DNA from: Glycera tridactyla
Lineage: Eukaryota
DNA length: 64,000 bases
Direction of reading: 5' to 3'
Assembly (NCBI GenBank): GCA_965644265.1
Contig: OZ286475.1
Span: forward strand, 71,858,001 to 71,922,000
The notes under the pieces were generated by a model. That model saw only the letters and a list, made by a program, of their open reading frames with translations. It ran no database searches and was not told where the DNA came from. Each line of letters starts with the position of its first letter. The first letter of the stretch is position 1. This document shows, one piece after another, positions 1 through 11,487 of this stretch. A program made the position numbers and the translations under genes.

Positions 1-299
1 GCTTGGACCTTGTCCCCAGGTCCCCATATATGTGCTTATTAAATGAGCACCCCCTCCAACTAACCCCATATCAATGAATCACCCGCTATATCGCCCAAAG
101 GATGATGATAACCCAGACATCAAATCCAGTATGAAAGTGACTATATGTGTGAATAAATGTTTATTTATTGAGGATATGTCTGAGTGAATGGATGGGAAAG
201 AATGATTATAAATGGGCGAATAAATGAAAGAAAGCTAAATGACTCATGTAATATATGTACATATGTTTCAGTTTTGCTTGTTATATAATTTATCTCGTG

Positions 300-392
300 T
301 GTGCTGTAGAAATCCGATTGGATAACTGCACATTTGTACATATGTTCAATTACGAGAAAAAATAAAGTTTATTGAATTGAATTGAATTGAAT
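300..392 (+). mobile_element. 3' end of a non-LTR retrotransposon (AATAAA followed by (ATTGA)n tail)
   Basis: AATAAA at 361-366 directly followed by ATTGAATTGAATTGAATTGAA, the layout typical of CR1/L2/RTE 3' tails; no coding part recognised. Confidence 0.45.
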
Positions 393-1469
393 AGAACCCA
401 AAATATAACCAAAATTAGGTAGTGATAACAGGGATATCACCGATTTTTGGGAGAATCATCTCTGAATTGATAGGAGATAGGTTACATATGCTTAAATTGC
501 AATTGCATGAAGATGTATGCATGGGAAGTGGGTTAGCAGGGAATATCCGGCAACATTGCTTGAGAAATGAACAGGAAATGAATTGCTCTGATATTCTTTT
601 CAGAATGAAATCTCTACAATCATTTTTGAGAGAGAAATAGCTGTTAACGTGCAATAGGGTCCCACCTGACTTTTATGCGCGTTTGCAATGGAAACAGCCA
701 TATTCTGAGAAAACGGTGCTAGGTGCAGCTGTGAGACAGCCAGATCTGAATTCGTTGGGTGATTTTGCATGGGGTCCAACCCTCAAACCTTTGGCCCAAA
801 GAGGATTGTTTGAAAGTGCACGTGCTCTTGGACGGTTGGTGATGGTGTACGCAACTACCTGATATAAGGCGGGAAATGGTCCTTGGCAAGTGGAGGTGTA
901 TGAAAGATGACAATGGAGCACATCAGATGACCACTTTCCTCGGAAATCACACTTGGCAGTACGATGGAACAGTATTCAAAATACAATCACAGGTAGAGGG
1001 TTGCGCCCTGCAAAAATCAAAACACTCAGCCTTGAAAAGCACTGGGAGGACGAAACCGTTTTATTGATACTGGGATGATGTGACACATGTTGGGCAAGTT
1101 CCGAAGGTGATATATTCTGAAATACGATGAAGTTTTGAATATCATAAGTCTGATATATCATTAGTTTGTCTGGTCAGGTCGTTGCCACTTTCCTGATGAT
1201 GTTTTGAAAATACTTTCACAATCCAGAAATTTCAGAGATGGCTTCATGGCTATCCTCTAGGATTCACTCAGAAGATGAGATCATCTGCGCAAAGTGATTT
1301 GGTGTCTTAATAATGTATCTGACTAAAGTGACTAGGGTTTTTAAAAAATGTCGTTTTGGTATGCTCTCTTCATTGTATATCACGCAGTGAAGATTTATAC
1401 CACCTCCCTGATAAGTTTTGAGATAGGAGAGATCAGGACTTGAAATAGGTGGAATTGAAACATTCAAGG

Positions 1470-1545
1470 ACAAAAATGTGTTCGAATATCATGCGACAAA
1501 TGCCTGGAACAATCTGCCAAGCATTGTAAAGTCATCAAGTTATGA
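1470..1545 (+). pseudogene. Small relic of LINE ORF2 C-terminus
   Basis: Manual translation KNVFEYHATNAWNNLPSIVKSS resembles the F-x-Y-x4-WN-x-LP motif that ends CR1/L2 ORF2 (compare FRNRVPPIWNQL in the intact ORF2 of this window). Confidence 0.5.
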
Positions 1546-2768
1546 GTGGAACTGGTTTTATGCATGAGATTGCGGTCACTTCCTTTGATTCGTATTCTTT
1601 ACGAATCTCTTGGAAACACATGATGCGAACAATTCTAACATAAAAGCATATTCAAAATAGAATGTGTCATAGAAACATTTTCCATGAGCCTGCCAACAAC
1701 AGTGATAAAGTATTTTTGAATGATGTATGGCGGTTTGAGAAGGGTAATGAAAAAATGGCATCACGATTAAGAACCCATATCTCACTGTAAACAAACCAAA
1801 CATTGTCACAAATGTAATATGGATAATTATGAATATGAATGTGGACTGCAAACACACGTCGGGAGATGAACAAGCCAAAAAATGGTCATGAACAGTCATC
1901 ATTCCGCCAATATATCGATTCTCAGTGAAACTACACACATACTCGATAGTTTTGTATCTGTGCTGCTCGATGCTCTGCTCTGTACATGATAATAGTCAAT
2001 TCGAACAGATAACTTCAGCCATGGCTTTCACACCATTGATGTCTACCTATGATCTTCAATAGGGCCCATCTGGCTTTGTGCTGTGACCTCCACACTGTTA
2101 GAGCTCACCTATGAACTCAATCAAGCAGTCTCATTATAACACAAGATCGCTCACGCATATAGCTTCTTCCTATATTTTATCATGCTAAGATATTAAGGCA
2201 CTTTAACATCATATATGGATATGTACAGCAATTCAGTGGAGTGCTTGATGACAGCTATTCAACGTTATTATTGCCATCCACCAATATTTATATTCTTTTG
2301 TAATGCTGAATGTATCATGTTCTCAGGTATAATGCTGAGAATTAATGAGGCACGTTTAGGATTTGTTAGTAGAGCGAAGAAGAAAATACCTGATTCTGCA
2401 GTGGCTGACTATGTGCAATGGAACTTTTGCACTTAGATAGACACATATGATAATCAGACTGACTTGGAGGAAGTGGAGGTCAGCTCACTGCATGTTACAC
2501 GCTGTGCCAATGTAGTGAAATACTCTGGTGGGAAATCCAGGAACTCTATAGTGACATAGTGCACCTTTAGGTGCCCGCCTGCTGCCTCTTGCCGTCACCA
2601 GCGATGGCACATGTTACATGATCATCTCATGATCAGGGTATTCATTTTTGAATCAAGTGAGATCATTGAACTTATCTTCAGCAGAATATGATTGGTTGTG
2701 AGCTCCATAATCCAACGAATTTTCAGATGATACTGATTTCAATTTTTTCCTTCTATGATGCATGCCAG

Positions 2769-2953
2769 GTGGAGCTCTGCAGTGGGTATCTACAAGAGTA
2801 GATGAGATTGATCAAGTACCTGACGTAGTGTTGGCTGATTCATCAAATCCAATCTTCGTCATACATACCAACTATTCCCAGGGTCTGTATGTTGGCAAAT
2901 CCCATCATCATACATTGGGCTACATGGCCTGGATTGGCTATGGTGAACAATTG
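2769..2953 (+). CDS. DM9-PAN gene copy A, first recoverable exon (start of DM9 repeat 1); upstream exon(s) not identified
   Basis: ccag| acceptor and |gtgagt donor; encodes GALQWVSTRVDEIDQVPDVVLADSSNPIFVIHTNYSQGLYVGKSHHHTLGYMAWIGYGEQL; paralogous exon at 27608-27795 has the same splice positions and phase. Confidence 0.8.
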
Positions 2954-4703
2954 GTGAGTTATAAACGATTATCTTACAGGTGTCGAAATTGGTGAAAAAT
3001 CTGCTATTGGATCTACAACTGCTATGAATTCTTGCTTTCATTCCATTTCTGATTTCTGTAACAACATTGATTTGTGGTCGTTTATTTGTACTTCAATGAT
3101 GACATTCATCATACACTCCCCACCTAATTCATATATCTTCAAGGTAATTCATATTTACCTAATCTGACCCAGGAACCAATTTAAACAAATTCTTCATCAG
3201 CTCAATTGTCAAAGAACAAGTGATATTAGAACCAATCATCACCCCCACTTTCCATGCCACTTGCTCATTTGCATATGTTGAATGATGATTTTACCAAAGC
3301 AGTGTATGAAACCTATGAGACTATGCCATTGTCTATGCTGCAAAAGCTTGATGAGGAGCCATGCACCCAGTATGGTGCAAATACATGAACAAAGGCGAAA
3401 GGGTGAGATGAAATGATACGATTAAAGTGGGAAATTGATGCAGTATAACCTCATGGCGAAATGTAGTACACACTATTGGCCAGCTATATATCAAACGAGT
3501 AGCACATATAATTACTACAAATGTGAAAAGATTTTAGAATACCAAAAATATCTTGAGTGGTCCCGAAATACCAAGAAAAAATATTATTTCCATATGCTTT
3601 TATGTATACACATATATCAAGGCTGCCACTACAGCAGAAAAACATAGTACGACCCAATTTTCAATTTCACGCTTGAAACTTGTCGGTCTTGGCCAGTTCT
3701 TGAATGTGGTGTAAGTTATCCAAGGGCCTTGGCCTCTGTACATAATAATTGTTCAAAGCGAATGCATATCCTTTTTTTCTGATTATGAGTTCAATCCTTG
3801 TAGACCGTCTTTTCAGAGGCACATCCCTCTTTGCTGTCGAAAGTGAAATTCACTATGCAGATGACTTTTATTGTCACCCATATTCGATAAGAATAGAACT
3901 TCCTGCGATATTAAGTCAGACTTTGGGTCCATGGCGATGCTGGAATTCCTTGATTTATCTGTCATGAATCGCTGTCCTACCTTGCTATTCACGCTTCTAA
4001 TCAACTCCAGGACTCGAACATGATCATGTATGATTTTCAGTAAGATATCTAGGAATTTAAAAAGAATTGTACCGCAACAAACATACCAATTCCATCGCCT
4101 CGCTCCCATGAATACATCAGTGTGCAGTGGAACATGGGGTGAATATAGGGTACCGTTGTCATGAATTAATTATTTCTGTGAACTCACATCTTCTTCATTT
4201 CAGTGAAATAATTATGCACGTCATGGGTGAGCTCTGTGCAATTCAGAACATGTGACAATTTCGGTGGAGAAAAAAAATTAAGATCTCACAAAATTGCACA
4301 GTTTTCCTGTCGAATAAAATGACATTTGAGGGGTTAACATACTGTTATATTTGTTTGATGTTGATTTCTATATGATCACCAACTCCGAATTCCCTGCTGA
4401 GTATAATTGAGCCATCCTAGTCTTCTCATAGGCCCTGGAATGCAAGGATTTCGTTGCTTTTGAGAAGCTGCCGAAACCTGGCATTGTTATGTTTGTGCCA
4501 CCAGTTTGAATTGCATTTAGCACTAGCAAGAAGCCAAGGTTACACGTATGCCAGTCTTCTTCGATAATATTTCCTCAGAGAACTGATTCGAGAACACAAG
4601 GGTTCAAAGCCAAAGAGGTTCCCTTGAAAAAAAACAATCGATGAGATAAAATTCCAAGCAAGGTAAAATCTTTCACTGACGTGTCTCTAAATATTGACTG
4701 CAG

Positions 4704-4846
4704 GTAGAATTCATTGGCAATCATATTGTGGAAGTCCTGGTGTTCAAAGCATGTGACCAGTGTATCTGGCGACCGTTCGATGCATCAGACCACACCCAAA
4801 TGTTACCTTCTGAAGCAGTGCAGGGTGGTCAAGATGATGATTCAAG
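4704..4846 (+). CDS. DM9-PAN gene copy A, exon (end of DM9 repeat 1, start of repeat 2)
   Basis: tgcag| acceptor and |gtaggc donor, phase 0 to 2; VEFIGNHIVEVLVFKACDQCIWRPFDASDHTQMLPSEAVQGGQDDDSR contains the DM9 hallmarks EVL...W...LP-x-x-AV-x-GG-x-D. Not in the ORF track in this frame; translated by hand. Confidence 0.85.
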
Positions 4847-5264
4847 GTAGGCATATCAAACATACACAGCCCTGTGTGTCAAACCTAAAATTCTTTCACA
4901 GAAATAAAGGAATAGTTCTTGGCATCTGCCGGATACCTTTCATGGTCACTTATTTGAAATGAAAATCATTGAAAGAATGCATACAAAGTGCAATAAGCAA
5001 CAATAGCAATAGACAAAATACATGAAAAATTCAAGCACATTCAATTCATGCGACTGATCTCAAATTTACAAACATTATTCCTAACCTATCATTGAATAGT
5101 TCACAAAAGCATGGCCTCACCCATATGATTATATTTGAACAGACTTCCAGATAAGAAAAGTATTCATACGCTCTTATCACATCAGCTCAATTCCCTTCAC
5201 CATTCGCTCATACAAGTATTCGCTCATCCCACAAAACGATGAGTGCATGCCAGCATAGATATAT

Positions 5265-5690
5265 CCAGAACCTAGGATGCCATGTGGTGTCGTGGTGGCA
5301 TCATAGATGAAAAGGCTGCATCTGGAGCTAGTCGTGGGATGACTGGCCTGGGCAGAATGTGAGGATGTCTACCAGGATGGCCTAGCAATACCCTACACTG
5401 ATAGTTCCAGACTACATGGCTACATGGGCTCCAAGTGTTGAGCTCTGATCCCTCTCAAGCAAATGCAAGCACAAAGAAGATTCAAAATCCAATCACAGGT
5501 GGAGGGCTGCACATTGCCAAAATTAGGCGTTTCAGCCATGAACAGCTAACAGGGTGTCACATGACATCTGGTTCCCTGTAACATGTAATATTGCTATAGA
5601 ATGAACTGTCAAAAAACTGTGAATAACTAAGTATCTATCCATGAGAAATTGTGACAGATGATTCATGGTCTTATAATGGGTTGATGTTAC
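5265..5690. mobile_element. Unclassified insertion in a gene A intron (absent from the matching gene B intron)
   Basis: Intron similarity to copy B stops near 5265; the segment carries a stretch similar to 968-1050. Boundaries approximate. Confidence 0.4.
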
Positions 5691-5718
5691 TCGTAATTGT
5701 ACATCATCTTTCATCCAG

Positions 5719-5858
5719 GTCCATCTATGTTGGTCGATATCTAGTGGAGGCTCTCAATCATGCTGGTGGATATGTGGAAGAAACACGTTCATTCTACTAT
5801 ACATATGGAATCGCAAACGTACCTGTTACTCAGTTTGATCTCCTCATGTGCTCAAAAG
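5719..5858 (+). CDS. DM9-PAN gene copy A, exon (rest of DM9 repeat 2)
   Basis: ccag| acceptor and |gtaaga donor, phase 2 to 1; SIYVGRYLVEALNHAGGYVEETRSFYYTYGIANVPVTQFDLLMCSK fits the DM9 LYVGR...G...Y..YG......F/YE-VL pattern. Confidence 0.85.
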
Positions 5859-5874
5859 GTAAGAGTCAACTTGA

Positions 5875-6125
5875 ATAATGATAATGATAATCATAATAAT
5901 TATCATAATTATGATAATAATGATAATAATAATCTTGTCATCATCATGAATAGAATGATAATGATATTAATTGTAATGATTATAATAAAAATGAAAATGA
6001 TTATAATGATAATGATAATGATGATATCATCAATCAAAGGGATGATGATAACAATTATGATGGAAAAAAGGAAATGGGTTAGAGACAACTTGAATTCTAA
6101 TGATTATGATAATAATAATAATGCG
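5875..6125. repeat. (ATA/ATG)n-type trinucleotide microsatellite
   Basis: Runs of ataatgataataat; a second block at about 6526-6650. Source of the Met/Ile- and Asn/Asp-rich spurious ORFs. Confidence 0.9.
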
Positions 6126-6129
6126 GAAA

Positions 6130-6525
6130 AATAGAGAGATACTCTATAGGCATTTCTGGTGGGGGTTCACCCCCCCCCCCCCCCCCATCAGAGATGAAAT
6201 CCCCGAAATCGGGTTTGCACACCACTGAATTAACTAGAACACCCCTCTATTTATATGGTGGGGGAGAATATGGGTGCCTTGAGGGACCGCGGTGTGGGTT
6301 GCTGCACAGCAGCCCACATGCGGTCCTTTTGGGTACCACAGGCCTTGTTATACCTGTCATGGCTGCGCCCACAGGCTGCCAGGTACACATTGTCTATATT
6401 CTCTTGTGACGTCACCAATCTCGCTAGTGATTGTGACGTCACGCAACACAGCGCACGAAGGGCGCGTCTTTCAAACCCCGGTCACACTCCTTGAGTGTAG
6501 GATGTCCCCAGCGTATACACTGAAT
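6130..6525. mobile_element. Hairpin-rich, GC-richer ~400 bp insert, probably a non-autonomous element
   Basis: Sits between two (ATA)n blocks; 43-nt hairpin at 6284-6326, two GTGACGTCAC palindromes (6406, 6433), small hairpins at both ends. Family not recognised. Confidence 0.4.
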
Positions 6526-8108
6526 AATGATGATAATAATAATAAAGATGATAATGATAATAATAATACTCATAATGATATCAATAATAGGAATGATAAT
6601 GATAACAATTATAATAATCATTAAGATAATAATAATGCTTATCATTATAGATCCTTCATCTCTTGAATTGACACATGTAGACTCAAACATGGCACCTGAG
6701 GAAGACCTGCATACTAGCTCAAAAGAGAGTGAACATGAGCCTCCACATGCATCCTGCAAAGGGACACTATCAATACTGAGTGCATCAAATGACAGGAGTA
6801 AGAAGGGTTGGTCGAGAAGAGACATTAGGGAGCGTGGTGGGCATGAGAAAATTAAGAGAGTGAGTGGGATGGAGGACAGCAGTGAGAGGACCATGCGGAT
6901 GGGAGAATGGAAGAGAGGAGGCTGGTAGCAGGATGGAATGAGCAAATGGAGTGGAAGGAAGGGTCAGAAGCTTCTGGATGGGAAAAAAGAATGTGATGGG
7001 GGATTGGCATAACATAATGGAGAGAGTGGAATGAAAATAGTAAGGCATTGTTCTAGAAAGATGGAGGGTGCAGGGTGAGGCTTTCAGTCTATCAAGGTTG
7101 AGCAAGGGGACGCGAATTGATAAGATGCTTGTTTTGTCATGACTTTGCTGAATTGTGTGTGATGCTCCTAGAACTGTAGTGTGTCCAGTTGCGCTTTAAG
7201 AGAAAATTCTCTCCAACAGCCCCAGCAAACATTTTTCATCCCAAGTATCTTGAAAGAGAATGGGTATCCTCTTTCTGATACACGATGCTAGCGATTCTTA
7301 GCTGGATCTGGACACCCTATTGAAGCCCGTTCATTTGAAGATAATGGTCGTTAACGTTAGGTAACATTTTGGAATGGGAAACGGGTTCCCATTTTTTTGT
7401 TTCACACTCGAAAAAAAGAATATATATAGGGGATTTGGATGACATTCTCCCTGTTCACCAAATTGAACAGCCTTTCGGTTTGGCGGATTGATAGTCATAG
7501 TATATTGTTGACAGTCCTGTTGTCAAGAAATCTGCGGACATAAAAGCAAGCTCATCTTTGCCTATTGATCACACCACCCCTATCAGTTTCTCAGTTTTGG
7601 GATAGTCCCGCCACCTGGGTCAGCAAAGTGCAAACAAATGACCAGAACTGGTTTGGCTTGAGGCACAGTCACCCAAGCATAAGAGTAACATGACGCCCAT
7701 TCAACTGGTTACTCTCCGTCGAGTATTTCTGAGCTCTGCCACCTGCGCAGAGAACGAAACATTGTCAATGCAACCTGGCAGCCAGAATAGAAAACGTTGA
7801 GTACGGCCATCGTCAGTGGTTGTGTTACTGCACCTTCTAGATCCCTTAAAAACTGTTTGGTTGTTTAACGTCATGTCAGCGCTGAATAATTCATGAGATT
7901 CACCGACACTCAATGTGTCATCTCCATTACCTCCCATGGGTGCCATTATCCATAAGACAAGTACGAAGCATGTGAGGGCCAGATGAAGGAGCAAGGTTTT
8001 GGGATGAAGGGTGGAACTCCCCTACCCCCCCCCCACACACACATACTGCTCAACTCAAATTGGATTATCAATCTCTACTATGCTCACCTTACATGATCTC
8101 ATTTACAG

Positions 8109-8320
8109 ATTATCTTCTCGCTGAGCCCATGGGTGATGAATCTGCTCACATGACAATCTACAAACGTTTGAACATCGAGGTGAGAGCACAACCCACTGAT
8201 GCCTATCATGCCCGATCCTGGGTTGACTGCGCTGTCCAGTGCAATGGATCGCAACCAGGTGTATGTGAAGGAATACAGTTTGATGGATCTCTCTGCCGTT
8301 TACTTTATTCTGCTCCATGA
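8109..8320 (+). CDS. DM9-PAN gene copy A, terminal exon, PAN/Apple domain
   Basis: acag| acceptor in phase 1; DYLLAEP...HARSWVDCAVQCNGSQPGVCEGIQFDGSLCRLLYSAP* has the four-Cys C-x3-C...C...F...C-x-L PAN pattern; 3' UTR is homologous to that of copy B. Confidence 0.85.
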
Positions 8321-8855
8321 GGTGTTCTCTAGCTGGAGGCAAACTCCGGTCAAATCTGCTAGACCACCACTCCATAGAAGCCGCTTGCATACAAAGACCA
8401 CCTGAGCTGTCACAGCAACAGTAATCATCCAATTAACTGCCTCTTAACAAAGACCACACACCTTGAAAATAATTGTTCATGTAATCATGAGTGGTCTACA
8501 TGAACAGGTTTATATATTTATGCATCTGGTGCAAGGATATCTAAAGGATATGTCGTCATCCTGGAAGACTTTCAGTAATGGGATGAGTGAGCCAGTTGGT
8601 CCATATTGGGACCAGTTTTACAACATTGGGGCCAAAATGATGAAGTAGGAATTGAATTTTTGACCCATTCAGCTTTCACCTATCCTTCGGACTGTAGCTG
8701 CTGCTTCTCGACATATTCGTTGGTAGCTATATCTCAGCGAAAATTATGGTGTTCACATGAACCCTACTGAAAATTATATGATCCTAGCTGGAAATTATGG
8801 TGAACTCACTGGAAATTGAATTGAACGGACTAGGATTGTGTACTGAAACCTGTCA

Positions 8856-9355
8856 TGTTGTGAAGGGTTCACCAGACGTCGGAATAGCCCGACTTGACAG
8901 TTAAAAACACATTAATTATGGTTTATCTAACACAGAACCTATGACAACAACCACGGGTGGATTGTGCAATAACCGCGACGGATTAGGGACGTTTCCGGTC
9001 GCCATGTTGGAAAGTGGTTGGGAAAAACAGGTTGCGAGCGCCCTCCAGCGGCGGATTATGGTTAGGTAATATCCAATTATAGGTACTTTTGTAATGTCAG
9101 GTGGTTGCTAAACCATCCTATAAATATGTGTGAAGGAGAGTTGAGCAGCAGATCACCTTTGGGCATTTGCACAGCAGCTGGTCGTATGCTGTTGGGATCT
9201 TGGTCATGCTCCTCAACCCTCCTCAAAGCCATGCTGTAACCATGTAGTATTGGTTGGAGGAATAAAGCCGATGACTGGAATTCTACTCGTCTCTCATCTG
9301 TACTGCACGTAACCGACACGTCTTGGTTCCCCTACGAAGAGATCCTGGTAGAACA
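8856..9355 (+). mobile_element. Probable LTR (~500 bp) of a truncated LTR retrotransposon
   Basis: TGTT...AACA termini, TATAAATA near 9119, AATAAA near 9261, followed by a decayed PBS-like tgtcagag and a GC-richer leader. Confidence 0.5.
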
Positions 9356-9818
9356 TATTAGATGTCAGAGATCGCCTTGGTGGGGTTATGGTGAAAGTAG
9401 CCCTATAACCTTTGTATACTCACTTGGATGCCAAGCCAGTGCGTGTGTGAAGTCTCCCTACATAGCGAGAGAGGATTCGTAGACGTATCGACAACCAACA
9501 TCACAGAGAAAAGCATCTTTGATAAATGGTGGAGCAACCGATTCTTCGAAGGCGACGTTATCTTCAGCAGTCATCGAGAGCGAGTGTGGACCGACGGCTT
9601 CCTCCATATCATCGCTTTTGGTTCCGTCAACGGCCGTACGAGGACATCAGAGGAGCATGGCGCGCTTACCATCCACGAGTCCAGTCGAAGCGTGGGCGCT
9701 TTCGACCCAGTTGGTGGCACGGTTCATCGCAATCAGCGAGAAGAGCGCGCAGAAACATCTTACCCCTTAGAGACCAGCAGGGCGTATACTGTCGCAGGAG
9801 GCAGCGACGCAGACGTGA

Positions 9819-10090
9819 GATAGCTGTCACTAGGCTATCGTTCCACACTAGAGACGGTTACTGGACGTTAACCGGGCTCATTCCTATTACTTTCGGGCTA
9901 CGTTGGTAGTTGGTTTCGACGGAAGTACACACGGTAGCCGTTACCAGGCTATCATTCCACTCGAGACGTTAGCTGGACGTCAACTGTCTCCATCCTGTCA
10001 TCTTTAGGGCTACATCTGTGGCCATTTTCGACGCTGAGGACGGACGTATGTGTGAATAGTCGTTACCAGACTATTGTTCTTCTCAAAGAC
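9819..10090 (+). repeat. Degenerate ~115-120 bp tandem repeat (2 copies plus a partial) in the leader after the LTR
   Basis: tagc(t/c)gt(c/t)ac(t/c)aggctatc(g/a)ttccac...gagacg(g/t)ta...ctggacgt(t/c)aac recurs at about 9821, 9935 and (partly) 10056. Confidence 0.7.
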
Positions 10091-11487
10091 TCCAAATATA
10101 GAATTGTTCGGGTAATCTTGTAAATATTTCGGAGTTTTTGCGTATTTCAAAAATCATGAAAAAACATTCAACAATGATTGTATGATTGATGAATAGATGA
10201 TACTTGAACTGATAAGATTTGCATTGGGGTATCGCATGATTAAATTTCAGTCTCCTTTCATTCGTTTTTATCTTTGTTTTTATTCATGTGGAGAATATAA
10301 CAGCTGAAGAAAAGAGCAAAACCCGTTGGTGAAAAAAACAATTGGCAGCACACGACAATAAGCTACAACTGGACTGTTGATATGCTGCTGGTCTCTAACA
10401 ATCTGAAAAGCACTACTCCACCCCCCACAAAAAACAGGTGTGAATCAGATGGACCCAGTATTCGTTTGAGATGTGAAAATAGTTGTTGCGGTGTGCAAAA
10501 ATGGGCTGCCAAAAAAGTGTTGTCTAATTAAATCACCCATCATGCGAAAGATATTGATCATATCCGGACAATTGAAATATGTATATGTTTCTTCACAAGC
10601 ATGCGAGAATTGCATGACAGTACATTTTTATGCTTGCTGGTTGACAACTCAATGAAGACTGTTTGAATACAGATTTATGGATAGATAAGGGAACGAAAAA
10701 CCAGCATCATGGAAATGAACACCTTTTACCATGAACAAACTGATATTATCACAGGACAATGGATATGATGGGAAGACATGCATTGGTACAAGCAAAAATG
10801 AGAAATGGATATGCATGGGAGAGGGGTGTGAGTCAACAATCTCATTACTGCAAACACATTGTGTCATCAACAAACCGAACTTGTATTGCCATTAATTGGC
10901 CAATATGGTGGTTCTCCGTGAAAGTATTCAGATGTGTTCTCTCCTTGGTATCTGAGATGTGGATACTCTTTTGTGGTGATTAGCGAATTAGTAAGGGTGA
11001 ACAAGTACATGAATGATAGTGTGTTCCACATTATGGGGTCATGGCATGATTTTTCTAATGCCCAAAGTGATAATTTCTACTTGCACAAGGACAAATGTCA
11101 CATTGCTTGTGACTTCGCAGTGAATATTCAATTGAAAGTCTCCAAAATATCTGCTACCTGATTGACAAGCATACATGTCTCATCTTTTATTCATGCATCA
11201 TCTGATTAGTTGTTAGTGAAGGTGACGTGTTTGTGTTGATGTTGCTATTGGAGATCTTCTGCTCACTCCTTGGCACTAGTCATGCTAAAGTCTTTGGACG
11301 AACATGGATCGACTGAGCAATTTTTCCAGTATAGACTTCATAAGCCATTCAATTAGGTGCCCTATAGGTAGGAATGACAAAAATAACAATGCATCTCCAT
11401 TCTGAAAATTCATTCACAATTCATGGCATAAAGATGGCCCCACATACAAGTGTATTTCTTATTGGAAACACTGCAGAAACATTTCAA

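Noticed and set aside
641-885. Frame RQPDLNSLGDFAWGPTLK resembling Tc1/mariner SPDLNP..W..LK
   Set aside because: Single short motif, flanked by stops, no DD residues or TIRs recognised; chance similarity cannot be excluded.
7701-7994. 97-aa minus-strand ORF with a signal-peptide-like start
   Set aside because: Starts at TTG, lies antisense in a gene A intron and runs through a SINE-like tail; no domain recognised.
9428-9909. Overlapping 83-131 aa ORFs after the lone LTR as a possible gag
   Set aside because: Three frames open at once in GC-rich DNA with no capsid or knuckle motif.
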